From NCBI GenBank assembly GCA_030141605.1, contig JAQGDQ010000105.1, positions 186,001-250,000 on the forward strand: 64,000 bases of DNA, written 5' to 3'. Positions 40,576 to 53,914 of this stretch are shown here, piece by piece. A program made the translations under genes and the position numbers. This DNA comes from Tubiluchus corallicola. Its lineage: Eukaryota > Animalia > Priapulida. The number at the start of each line of letters is the position of its first letter. Positions within the stretch are counted from its first letter, which is position 1. The notes under the pieces are model-generated. The model made no database searches, was not told the DNA's origin, and was given only the letters and a program-made list of their open reading frames with translations.

Positions 40576-41849
40576 CTGAGCAATAATGTTATAGTGTCTA
40601 CAGTGCTTTTTGCATTCGCGCTATTCGATTCACTGACATATTCTCTGTAAATCAGCCATCTTCATCACTTCGTTTAGTTAAATTTCACTGCGTTATCTTA
40701 AAGCAAAATACTAAACCTAAACGTATTTTTGTGGTTAAGAAAACTGTAATGATATTCTCTATTTTACACAAAACTATAATTGAAAAATGAAAGAGCCGGT
40801 AGAGAGTTTCATCAACTGTCTCTAAGATTTTGCCATCCTTCTGTACCTTGAAAGACCGCCAAGTGGATAGTTTAGAATGGTTTTCTGCTCTATTGATTAT
40901 TTCATTTTCATGAGTTGATGGTAACACTACATTTAACTAGTTTAGTTTCAATCAAGCTATTGGAACATAGGGTACAAACTAGCATATGATTATCGATCCA
41001 AATGAAACTGATCCGCGTCAATATTGCACGTATCCATACAAATGACGTTGCCTGACGAGTCCATGCACAGAAATACAGGATGTAACACTATTTTTTGTTA
41101 ATGGGGAATGGTGCACAAAACAACGTGATACAGAACAATTTGTTTGACCAGAGTACTAGGAATCTTCAAAATTTTGTGTGTGTGTCTTGCCCAGGCTGCA
41201 AACTTGAGGGTATGATGTAAATTGTTCTGCACCACTGCTTGTTTTTGCATTCACTTCCCTCCATTAATAAAAGGATAATTGTGTTACAATTAAGGATTGT
41301 TCATGGAGGCTGCAAAGCCATACAGCCGCTTAGAAGATTCTACACTTATTTTATATTTTCAGGCAATTTAGCTCAGTCAATCCAGTCAGTCAGTTTTTAA
41401 GTGGTCACGTGAAGAAATTTCCACAACATCGTTTTCACTTATACCATGTACAGAAAAAAAGTTGATCAACACAGTAAAAGCCTGTGCGGCAGAAAACCCC
41501 TAAAACTGCGAAAAACCATCGGCCATTGCCAAAAAATGAGAATTTTACTGTAAATCTGCAAAAGCGTCCAAAGAACGTCAAACTGCGGGTACACCCATGC
41601 CTTTAAGATCAAAGAAAACAATGGTATCGGATATTTCTTACATTGTCAGAATTCCTCAGAACTCTAAAAATGAAAAATACATCCGCCATTAGCAAAAATG
41701 GTTTGCGCTGTAACTATGTAATGAAATGAATAAAAAATGGTTAGATTTGTGTCCTCGCCAATGTTTGCAAAGGTTACTGACACTGCAGGGCGCTATCAGC
41801 ATTATATTTTATTGTATTAGTTGAATTATATTGCCTACGTCACGGAAAC

Positions 41850-42660
41850 CTTTTACTAGTAGGCCCAACGTTGGCCGTGTGTGCCACTTGTCACATCGGC
41901 CCACTAAGGGCAGTCAATGTTGGTCCAGCGTTGTTCTGTTCATTGGCGCAACTTCAGCCCATTGTCGGGTTGGACCAGCGTTGGTTCCAATATCGGACCG
42001 ACTTTTACATTGAAATTGCCTACAGGAACAATATATAGCCTTCAATGGTCGATATCGGTGTAACGATGGTGTTAACGTTGACCCAGTTCATGTATATGCT
42101 TGAATGAAGACAGCACATGGTCAACGTGTTGCCAACGTTGGATCAGAACAACATGTCCCACTGGTTTTAGCGTTGGCCCAGCATTAACCTGCCCGTAGAT
42201 GCAACATCGTCTTGTCTCTCAGCTTTTCGCTGAAATTTGCTTAGGCACTATATATAGTCACCGATTGGCTAAAGTCGGTGTTACTATTGGTCCAGCATGT
42301 GCTTGAATGAAGACAGCACAGGGCCAACGGCAGTCCCGGCGTTATTCTGCTCTCAGATGCAACATCGGCCCACCTTTTACATTGAAACTTGCTTAGGCAT
42401 AATATACAGCCTTCAATGGGCCCATCTGGTACATCACTGGTTTACCGCTTGAAATAAAGAGCGCAGGACCAACTTTGGTACCAACTTTCGCCCAGCACAA
42501 CCTGCAGTGGGTCAACATTGATTTTAATGTCGGCACAGCATGATTTGAAGAAATATACAGGCAGTATTGGACCAACGTTGGTACCAACACTGGCCCAACT
42601 TCTCAGTGAAATAGATTGGTAGCCACTTAGGGCTAAGGTCAGTATTAACGTTGGCCCATA
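41850..42660. repeat. Repeat built from palindromic CCAACGTTGG units with ~370-bp higher-order duplication; probable DNA transposon remnant
   Basis: More than 10 variants of (G)GCCCAACGTTGG(C/T)C; TTTTACATTGAAA..GCCTTCAATGG recurs at ~42003 and ~42375. Confidence 0.65.
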
Positions 42661-43769
42661 TCTGTATAATGAATTTCGGTGGTATATATATATATATCAA
42701 AGGAAAGGTCTCGATCTAGTGTGGTCTCATTGGGGTTTATTTTTCGAATTGGGCCCATCGGGACGAATGTGTGACGAAAAACTTCCAAAAATGGACATTT
42801 TCGGCCAGTTTTTGCAAAACTTATACCTCTTATTTCTGGAGAACGGGACCCGGGGGTGGTGCCAGCAATGGTTAAATAGCCCGTTTAATGGTGGGTGTAG
42901 TAGGTGTATTCGGAATTCGCCACGACGTCCTGTGACGGGCGTTTTCCTGGACCCAATCACGCAAATTTTGCAAAAAACTGCTCAACCACCCTCTAGAAAA
43001 ACTCAATTTGTGCAACTGTTTGGGCATGTTGGGAAAAAATAAGCACACTCACAAAAAGAGAACGAAGCGGTCTTCAAGGTTTCACTAGGAGAGATGTCCA
43101 CTAGTGACTAGACGAAACGGGAAGCGTATATTTCAAAGTTCTTTTTCAGCCCCCTAAGCTGCACGCTATTTGGAACATCCACTGTCATTAAGTTTGATAA
43201 ATTTCGTGACTGTTCCAGGCATTGTTGTCACCCGCCGTTCGACTGTGTTATAGATTTTACATGTAAGTAAATTCTGTTAGTCTATTATCATTTGAGGAAC
43301 AATAAAAAACTATGTAGAATGTGTGTGCATTATTGATCATTGGTAGACAGACTAATAGCATTTATTATAGCACACAATTTGACTTTGTGCAAAATGTTTT
43401 GAATGGTTTCGTTGTGATGCTGTGTTACTGGTGTTAGTGCTGTAGGTGTCGTCATTGTTGTTGTCATCAACACCATCATCACCATGTGATGTGGTGAGTG
43501 TGGTGAGCGTGCTGTGGAAGGTGTGGTGGGGAAGTTGGGTGGGTGTAGTGTTGATGGAGTGGTGTGGTGAGTTTGGTCTGGGTGGTGTGGTGTGGTGTGG
43601 TATTGATGGTGTGGTGTGGGTGATGTGGTGTGGATAATGTGGTGTAGAGTGGTGTGGTTGGTGTGCTATGGTGTGGGTCGTGCGTTGTGAGTGGGGTGGT
43701 GGATGGTTGTGTGGTGTGGTGTGGGTTGTTGTTGTGAGTTTATGCGCATTTTTTGCGGGGTTTAGCTAG
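42661..43769 (+). mobile_element. Non-autonomous Helitron
   Basis: A|TC start, CTAG|T end, subterminal hairpin CGCATTTTTTGCG at ~43745-43757, internal (TGGTG)n at 43480-43730; homologous to 18834-19649. Confidence 0.8.
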
Positions 43770-46700
43770 TACATATTAATTACCCTTGAAGACAAATGCA
43801 GTTCATGGAACCACGTCAGTCTAAGTATGACCCCAATATCTGAATAATTTTTGTTCAACATATACGCGGAACATTCAAGAGCTTGAATGACACGAATGTG
43901 AAAATGGTTTGCGTATTTGTTAATAAAGGACAGGGCTGATATACACACTGCAGATTTTCACAAGTCATAAGTTGCATCTGACTCAAGACTGATCATAAGA
44001 ACTAATAACTAATCTTACTACCAAATATTATAGCTACTAAATCAAGAAATCAAAGTACTTAAAGTACCTATTTATTTATTTATTACAGTGCCCTGTAACT
44101 AGTGGAAGCACCATTGACAATGATGGTGCACTGACCGTTATGAAAATATTGCTGCACAAAAAGTTGATCATTATATTCTCTGATCAAACGTGGGTGTGGA
44201 TACAACTTTAGCTACATTTATTAGGCACTTTATTAGTCAGTTACAAGGCGAAACCTCCCATTTTTGGTAATGACGGGCATATTATCATTTTTAGGTTTCT
44301 GGGATGTTTTTATAATCTTGGAAAGTCACCATTGCTTCCTTGACCTTAAGAATTTAGGTGACCATGCAGTTTAGCCTTTTTAGACACTTTTTTGCTGAGT
44401 TATGGCAAAATCCCCTTTCTTTGGCAATGTCGAAATGTCTTAGCCATGTTCGGATGCACATCGTTACGGTGCTAAGTAAGCAGACGCTCCCAGCATGACG
44501 AAATGAAATCTCACAGAGACAGGGTCGAACCCAAGGTGACCAGAAGCTATTTACGCGAAGCACAGAAGATGAACTAACTTTTGTCATATCTTTTAGAAGT
44601 CTTTTAAAACGGGGAAGCCTAGGTATGATGTTAAGTGGGTAAAAATAAGGTACAGATCAAAAATGGCATAATGTATATCAGAGACGTTTGTGCTCGAGGA
44701 CATTATATTCTCCTTGTATAATACGTCATAGTAAAGACTAAAAATACGTAAACAAAGTTTAACAAAGGCCCGCTCTTGGCATTTTGCTAATAATTTAACA
44801 GTAAAATTAATTGAAAAAATTGTTTGCGTACTTTAAGTTAGGAAAATTGGAATTTAAGATTTTGAGGAAATGACTGACATGCAAATTGACACTTTTTACT
44901 GTGTAAAGCGTATATCGTAAATTTGTAAAATAATAATATTTCTTGGCTATAGTAATCTTAATAATGTGCTAAAAACGGAATCTAATTGCTGCAAATATTG
45001 TAATTGTTATTATGAAATACATTGCGCTCTTCCACTGAATGAATGGAAACCACAAAACAGCGCCGTTTATTTGTGTTGGACACTATTACATCCCCGAGGT
45101 GAACAAGTCTTTGCTTTCCATTTTGCACTTAAATCCTTTGTTGATAAATGCTCAGTGCAAGTAGCAGCAGTTTTTATTAAAGCATTCTTATTTAACCATG
45201 CAAAGTCACGCTATGTAACATATCAACTAAAGAACAAATATTGTCTCCCGAGGAAGTTTCCTTTTAAGGTATGAGTCGAGTCTAGGGAGTCGTACTAATA
45301 AATTAAGTATCTAAGTGATCCCATAGAACAATAGAAATGAAAATAAATAACTAGGTCGTATATAATATTAGGTCAAAAATGTATGGTATACGTATGGAAG
45401 TGGGTCCTAACGAACGAAACGACTAGATAAAATATGCTCATGTCAGAGATGGAAAATTTAAAAATGGAAACTAAAGAGTTTGGTAGCATTCATTTTTGCA
45501 ATCGCTAACTACTTTTGTTAATAGCGCCGCTTAATTTTGCAATCACGCATTGTAAGATTTTTGTGCAGGTTGCGTACTTTGCTGTCTAAAAAAAGACTTG
45601 TAAACTGTTATTATTTTTGTGTTCAAAAATGGGCCGTTGACATTTTTGTCCCATAGAAGTTGTGAGATTATTAAATACAGTCTCACAACTTCTATACGTA
45701 CCAAGAACTACTTTCCAAATATCCGTCGAGCTTTCTACATTGGCGTCCTTTTGCATTCTAAAAAACTGACGGGCAAGACCTATAACACATACACCCACGC
45801 AATCAGTTATTGACACACATTTAAATATAGTTGGAGCAACTAACTCAAATTGGCTGTGTAAGTTTTTGTTTGATTCCGAGCATAAAAACTAGTTATTGAC
45901 TGTTGGGGTACCTGTTCTATAATAGCTCTCAAACAAAAACTCATATTGAAAATGATTAGAAACATCAGGTAAAGGACACGTGTTTTTTACTTGAGTGACC
46001 CGGATATAGATTTAAATTTATTTTATTCGTCGACATAATACAATGTATAATGCAAAATTTAACACAACTGTATTGAGACGGGGCGGGAAAAGCTGATGTA
46101 GGGTCACCTTGCAGGCACCACTAATTATAAGTTTTACTATTAGTTTAACTAATTAAGCGATGTGTGAGAGATTTATGTAATTTATATAATTAATCCAGCT
46201 ATATAATGAAATCATCATATGTTTTAATAAATTAGTAACTTCAACGTTTAATTTGTTAGTATTTATATATTTATATAATATGTGACACACACCTAGATGA
46301 TGTAACGTACAGTCGTACGCAAATAAATAACCAATGAAACTTACACAGTACAGTTGACATGATCGACTGTGCAAGTCACAAGAATTACACGACAAGAACA
46401 AAATCTCAATGACATTAGAAAAAAGAACTTTACATGGTAAAGTGCATACAGTCAACACATTTAGCACACATAACACATTTAACTTGCTTGAACAGCTAAC
46501 ATGACAGCGAATATCCTTGGCAGTAAAATCATTGGCATCAATCCCTAATACCCACACATATAGCAAACATAAATAGCCAAACATAAATGGAATGAATAAA
46601 CAGCAGATTCGGACTACATTTTGTAATAATTACTGTCGTTATCACCTGGTTTAGTACTTACTACTGATACATTGCTAAGCGCGTCTTACTCTGGTCTTTG

Positions 46701-47442
46701 TACACATGTAATATATAAAAATGTTTAGCGATCTAGTTATCGCGTACGCGTACATGTGTAATCATAGATTTTTGAGATGGAAAACGAGAATCCCATGGAG
46801 GTGCTATTCTGGCATGTTCACATGAGAATCCACGAGAATACGAAACACGTTGTGCATGTGCATGCGGACGAGACGAGAATTTCTCGTTATAAGCTTAGTG
46901 GCTGATATTTGAACGGCGGTCGGATGGATGGACAGACAGATAGATATTCCAAAATTTGGCTCCGACATCTTTTAAATAATAACGGTTTGAGGTACCACAG
47001 TACCAATGTCTTCGCTATCTTAGATTTGGAAGCCACAGAAGGAGCAGTTTTAGAAGTTTTTCGACCGTTGCTAAGCAGCTGTTTTGAATACGGTAACTAA
47101 GTTTCTCACTGTACAACCAGTGCCCAGTTACCTGAGCTGTGCAAGTGTGGGAGGAACTGGATTGACGGCCTCCGAGAAATAATTTGAACAGGCAGGCAGA
47201 CTGTCAAATACATAGAGGGACAGACAGACAGATAAGGTCGACTAAGTTCGGCCTTCGAATCACAAACACGTGCAATCTCGCTGTTACTTAAAACCGGGGG
47301 AAATCATCACTAGCATCCGATTACTAAGCAAAGCCAATTTAATTAAAATCAAGTAAAAAGTAAATGGACAGAATAGTGCCACGCCATCACTCATCAGAAG
47401 GAAACAAAAGATAAAGACTACGCTTTCTGACTTTTTTTACCC

Positions 47443-47952
47443 ACACCCTCCGTCCATCCCTCAAAGGATAATAGAGTTGTTACGCAAAGTAATTTTTTCG
47501 TCTCACCACAATATAGTTTGGCATATTTTTAACGAAAACCGTCACATTAATTATCAATCGCCTATCGCCTTGTTAAATAAAACAATTTGCGCGATACGGT
47601 GGTAGATGAATAGATCACAAATCGATCCAAAGGAATCGTCTGCATAGACATGGAATACTAACAACATAAAACCAAGATTGGTTTGTCACCTTTAACCTAA
47701 AGACGTAAACGATCATATTTTGCCGACACCCTCCACTCAGCCCTCAAATGACAATAGTGTTTTTACACGCAGCAATTTATTTCGTCTTACTACGACATAC
47801 TTTGCACATTTTCCAATGAAAAATGTCACATTAATTTTTCAATCGTTCAACGTCTTATTAAGTAAAGCAAATTTGTGCAGCACATAGGTAGAAGAATAAC
47901 TTCGAAACTGTACCAAAGGGATGTACACTGAAGTGGAATACTAACAACGTAA
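47443..47952. repeat. Diverged two-copy tandem repeat, period ~283 bp
   Basis: ACACCCTCC..CCCTCAAA..GTCACATTAATT..TGGAATACTAACAAC at 47443-47670 and 47726-47952. Confidence 0.75.
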
Positions 47953-50900
47953 TCGTTTATGTGTTTAAAAGATTGTAATGTTTTCAATTTAATTTAATTT
48001 CAAGCTTATCTCAGGAAAAGCCGTAGAACAAAAACATTACAAGTGCACAAAGTGCAGAAAGAAACAACAGAATACACATTATTTTCAATGAGTATAACTA
48101 AATGTTAATGATAATTATACATAATTATGTAAGTCCTCGCAACTCATTTTAAAATATGATTATTAACACAAAATGCTCTATCAGATTTTGTCTATCATGT
48201 AATTTCAACTCTTTACTTGTCAACACACCAGAAAAGTGTCATTCTATAAGTGGCTTGATACAGCACTTAGCCATACGCAAACTAATGCTGATGGTTAAAG
48301 CATTCAACTAATTATGAAAAACAGTCCTCTAAATGATGGACTGACAGGGGTCTTTTGAACACATTTGGATAGATCAATAGCTAGCGCAGAATAATAGATG
48401 ACACTGCACAAAAACAGTTCTCCGGCGGGCGCTAACCAATACAGGCAGACTTTGCATGCTACCAATACATATCATGACAACTCTATTTTCTCACCCCGTT
48501 GTGCTCATCCGGCGTCAGTGTTGCGCCACAGTGAACAACATCAATGCAAATCAGAATTGTAGCGTGGAAAGTGCAACTTAAACTAAACCTGCTAGACTAT
48601 CAAGTCAAAATTTAAATTCGTGGGCTGAATTTTTGCACTAAACAATTTGGACTAATTGTAATTTGATGAGGTATTTATTTTGAGTTGTGTGCGCGGTTGC
48701 AACGTGGCTGGCTATTTTTATAGACGGAAATTTTATAAACAAACCAGTGTAGTGAGGAATTTTAATGATTGCTAAAATATGCACGTCTTCACGTCTTGTC
48801 TAAAAGGCACGTCCGAAAAATACAGCAAGTGGCTCATAATAAGATCGCTGTCAGATCGTTACTATGGTCAGAAACTTTTTAGGCCCTTCATTTACTTATA
48901 TGAAATGCATTAACAAAGTAGCGCGCCATTGATATACGATGCGCATGCAAAAAAACACAGACTCGTGAATACCACAGCATTTCATCATGTCAAACAAAGT
49001 ATATGAGACAACTTATCATGCCTGCTCGAGAACTCTGAATACTAAAACCTGTCGATGTAACAAGCCTACCGCATCAGATATATTATAAGGAAGCAAAATT
49101 CCTCTTGTGACTGTAGTGAGGATAACAAAAACGGTTTACTGAAATAGGAAAATTCTGTGGAGTGATATGGAGTAGCAAATCATTTTTAATTCTCATTACA
49201 AAGAAAACTCGCTTATGCATGCTGCGCCTTTTAGTGATTTTGGCGGTCTTTTCCTTTCGTATTTCTTAGTACCATAGTCTCCAAGTAAACAATAAGCTGA
49301 AGTGCTTCTCTGAGCCAACTTTTCAATAAAAGTTTCTAGCAAGTTGTTTGCTTCGCTTATCGACAACTTTTTTGAAGAATTTAAAGTTAGCTTGATCTAG
49401 CCTCTTACTTAATATATCTTTACTGAACCCAAACTAAACTAGCCTATTTTAATTTTATTTAACATAACCAAAAGAAATCTAATATAACTCGATGCAAGCA
49501 AAACAAACCTAACCAACCCAACCAAGCTGCTTACTTTTAATTATTCACATTTCATCTAAGTAATGAAATTAGTTTGCTCGGGGCTCGGAGCTACCCGAGG
49601 CTCTGGTTTCTTGACTATTCTGTTAGGTACGCAGTAGGACACTTTGAACTTTATAGAGGGGAAGTAAAGCCGGTTAGATACATACTCAGGGACTGGGCAG
49701 GAATAGTTTAAACTTGGCTGGGTAGACAAATAGAGCTGTTGTCTAAGCTTTTTGTAATTATCTGTTTAATAAATCAGTTTAGTTCCATTTTCACGTTAAT
49801 ACCTTGTTGGTTTGAGCACTGCTGTATCTTTGTTTTGCTGCATAGCTTTTACAGTGGTGGCATCGCAACAGTTACCAATAACAGCCAATGACTTTTTTAA
49901 GTTATTCTTTAGAAGAGAGTATTTTGTTGGATTTCACTGCATTTACGTAAAAAAACTTAAGACCGTAAGACCTTACGTAGGAACTTAAAAACCCATTTAC
50001 AACAAGCGACATAAAAGTAGAACTAGGAACACACAGGACGTCAGAAATTATAACTTTGTTTACGCGCCACAGTAGGCGTGTATGTGGCCACGTGGCTTTT
50101 GCTGAAGCCATTGTAACAGTCTAAGCTATTCGCAGTTCTTTCGAGCTTGGCTTCATGAAAAACTAACGGTGTTACAATCGCTCTGCGTAGTCGCTTACGT
50201 ATAAGCAAGAGTAGGATTACAGAAAAAACGCGTGTCGAACAAACAATTTTTTGTTGGTCTTGCTTTCACTTTTCAGTAATTTAGCTAATTTTTAACTCAA
50301 CTCTTTGACCACTCTGACAAATTGCTGTTTGACTTCGTATATCCAGTGCAAAATATTCTTTGCGGGGTTAAAGAATGGGCATGCAGGTGTTTTTAAGTCC
50401 ATCGCCATAACACGAAACCGAAGAAGTATGTAGAATAAATGATGAAGCTTTAACAAGTTTTACCATTACATGCTCTGCCAAAGCTAAGGTATATGAGAAT
50501 ACAAGTGTTATGAATGAATAAGTCAGATTGCGAACGGAACAGACCTTTCTTTGGGAACTTACTGCACGTGAGTAAACATTTGCTTAAATGCTTTCGCTGA
50601 TTTGTTCTTAAATGATTATTTAGTTTTATAACTATTACTATAACTACTATTATAATAAGACGAATTGGGCTGAATTAGAAAAATAAAGAACAGTTATTTT
50701 TCTAGCTTGCATTCTATCTTTATTGAATCTGTACACGTGTTTTTTAATTGTGTGATTGGGAATGTTGACACGGATGTCGGATAACTTCACGATGAACAGT
50801 TTAAAACACATAAACACTCTTCATCAATGAAGCTTAAAAATCGTCTTGAAATTTTAGAACATTTAAATGCCTTCTTCTTGCATACTGGGCTTGCGTTGGT

Positions 50901-52877
50901 AGTTCACTGTATTAAACTCATAATGTAACTGTAAATGCTCTAGTAACTCCCGCAAGACCGACAGGTGCAGTCATTTTAACGGAAAGTCTTTTGAAACAAG
51001 TTTAGATAACATTGCGCAAAGTTTGAAAAATAACCAGAACATTCGAAGCACATGCTTAGCTAACTAAGGAAGCGAGGCAACGCAGTTTTACCAGGTGGCA
51101 CGAACATTTTAAATTATTAAGAATTTTCTTTTTCAATTATATATGTCTTTCAAACAGGTAAGCGTAATGCTAAGTAATATAATTTTGTTTGGAAGGTTCT
51201 TCAGGATATACTTCAGTACATTTTGAGCGCCGCTTTAGCCAAACGTTTTTGTACGGCTCCAAACAGAATTTATTCTGGACGAACTGATAAATTTGCGCTA
51301 TTCCTCTATTTCCTACAAGTGTCATTTGTTCACTGATCATTGATGGAACCGCCTGAATTCATTTATCTAAAAAGCAGATTTGTCAAATTTTGTCAATGTG
51401 TAACGCGTTGTGTAATCTAAGACGGTGTGAGCAGGATGGTAGTGTTATTAATCTAACACGGTGAAACCTGCCAATGTTGTTGAATTCGTTCATGAATAGC
51501 GGTCGATTTTGCTGTGCAACTTTGTGGTATTGATTCAGTTACAGGATTTGTCAATTCACTAGTCTTACAAATTTTTGTTGTTATACTTGACAGGTCGTTA
51601 TCTGCAAACTTACTCAGCTATACAAATCGTTCGTAAGACTGGAATGATATAATTACTGATAATAATTATTTGTAAAAATTGTGGAAGTTCTGCATACACA
51701 GCTAAATGTGATTACTGCAGCCAGTGTATGATACAGATGTAAAGCGCGCCGTCTTCCTAGTTTTTTAAACACCGAAAACGATTTTAAATGTCATCGCCAT
51801 GGTTGGTGTTGGTGTTCTTGTCGTTATAGTTATCGCCGTCGTTCTTACTGTTGCTATAAAAATATTTTTTCAAGTAAACTATCATTTTTTTATTACACTT
51901 AGAGAGCTTCATTGTGAAACAGCCATGCAGACGTTCTTTCCTGAAAACCGGAAATTTACAAAGATGGCGGCTAGACATTTAGCGTAAAAATATTACTTTC
52001 AGTACATCACGAAAATTGGCAATGCAAGATATAATAGAAATTTAAATCAGACAAATTAAGTAAGAAAATACAAACATAACTTTCAATTCATAACTCATTT
52101 CATATTCAAGTTCATAATTTACATTCATTTTTGTATTTTATATAATGAGTTCAGATAAGAACAGTTTAGTAATAAGTAAAGATTAGTGATATCAAAACAA
52201 AAAATCTAGAAATTTACTTAAATATTCAAAGACGTGCTAAACTGTAGTCAAGAGCATTTAAACGCATGAAATAGTCCTAGTGGTTTGAAATTTCCAAAAC
52301 AAATTCAAATCCACAAATTTTCTACAAACAATTTCTTGCGGACTTATGACTTCAAAAAGCCCCCAACGTTGAATTTGATAATTAGCTAAATTCACAGCGT
52401 AATCTTAAAATTCTGATAAAATAATTACAGAAACAGTTATAATTAATGTTTATATATTGTTCATTCGTGTATTTTGTTTATTATTTACGGTGTCATACGA
52501 TAGCAATGCACATTAGCAGTTTCACCCCTGGTTCAGTTTCCAATCAAACGACGAATGCTTAGGCTGACGAGAATTCTGCCACATCTCTGACAGGGCTTTC
52601 AGATGCAGGAGACCTGTTATTCATTTTTTTGTTCAGTAGACGCCTCGCGTAACAGAGCTGAACTGCGTTTCAGAAACAATTCAATCAAAGATTCCAGCTT
52701 CCATTATTTCCATTACCAACTAATCTCTAATTATTTTCGATCATTCAGTTGCTAGAAAAGTACCAGCATTATCTTAACTCTGGATTTTAAAAATATGCAA
52801 AAACCAGGAAAATTTTCAGCTCACGGTTTCCACTTTCCTGAATATAAAAAACACTCCACAAAGTTCAATTAACAATT

Positions 52878-53577
52878 GATTATATTATATTAAATATAAG
52901 CGCTTTCGGAAGCATTCTACGCTCACAAAATAACTAAAGTGACAATAACTACACAGTAATTTGTCTTGCGTAAATTTGTAAAATGGTAAGCTTAGGCTGA
53001 CATTTGTAGTTCTCTCTCATAAGCATAGTGTTAAGACAGGGTTTTAGTGATACACAGTAATATTCCTCAAGACTGGCAAAAGCATTCCTGACTGTGTTCA
53101 TTACCGAGAAAGAACAGAAAAGTGTGTCTGCAGCACCACCCAACTGTAAATGGTTGCTGGCTGGCTTATAGAAATTGCTGTCCAGGCTATGAACCTTGTT
53201 ACCTTTGCCAGACAAGAAGACATTGTCTCTATTGCATGCATGAATATAGATTATCAGGTCTTCTTCAGCACTATTTGCAGCGTGGTGGTACTATAGATAC
53301 ATCTTCTTATTTTTCTCAGTAATGAAGAAAGGTAAGAATGCTTTTGATATTGTCATTCTTGAGAAATGTTAGATCATTAAAGCTCTCTCTTAACACTATG
53401 CTTATGAGAGAGGACTACAGATATCAACTAACGCTTACCATTTTTAAATTTAAAATATGAAATAGAACTGGATTGAAATGAGTACTTCAACTAGAATTTC
53501 ATAAGATAAACCACGTTGTAATTATTGTCACTTCAATTATTTTGTGAAAGTTCTCAAATTTTAATATAATTTAATCA
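52878..53577. mobile_element. Palindromic MITE-like element, ~280-bp arms and ~110-bp loop
   Basis: Includes a perfect 25-bp inverted match (53012-53036 / 53388-53412), with alignable arms out to both ends. Confidence 0.8.
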
Positions 53578-53873
53578 GCCTTTGATGGTACATACTACAG
53601 ACTCGTATTATATCAGAACGAGCCGTCAAATTACGATTTAATTAGCGAGTACAGGTGATACGAAGTGGAATGCGTAGTTTCCCAACCAGCAACCTGGATA
53701 GTGGGACAACAGTTTACAGTTAGAACATACTGGCCCTTATGCAGTCTGAGCACTACTTATGAAAATTATGTTTGAAATGAAGTGTCAAATCAAAATCAAA
53801 TCTGTATATCTGTCTAGTTGTCTCTGTATCTATCTATTTATCTGTATTTATCTACCTACGTACCTACCTAATT

Positions 53874-53877
<4 letters not shown>

Positions 53878-53911
<34 letters not shown>
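53878..53911. repeat. (CT)n microsatellite
   Basis: Seen directly. Confidence 0.9.
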
Positions 53912-53914
<3 letters not shown>

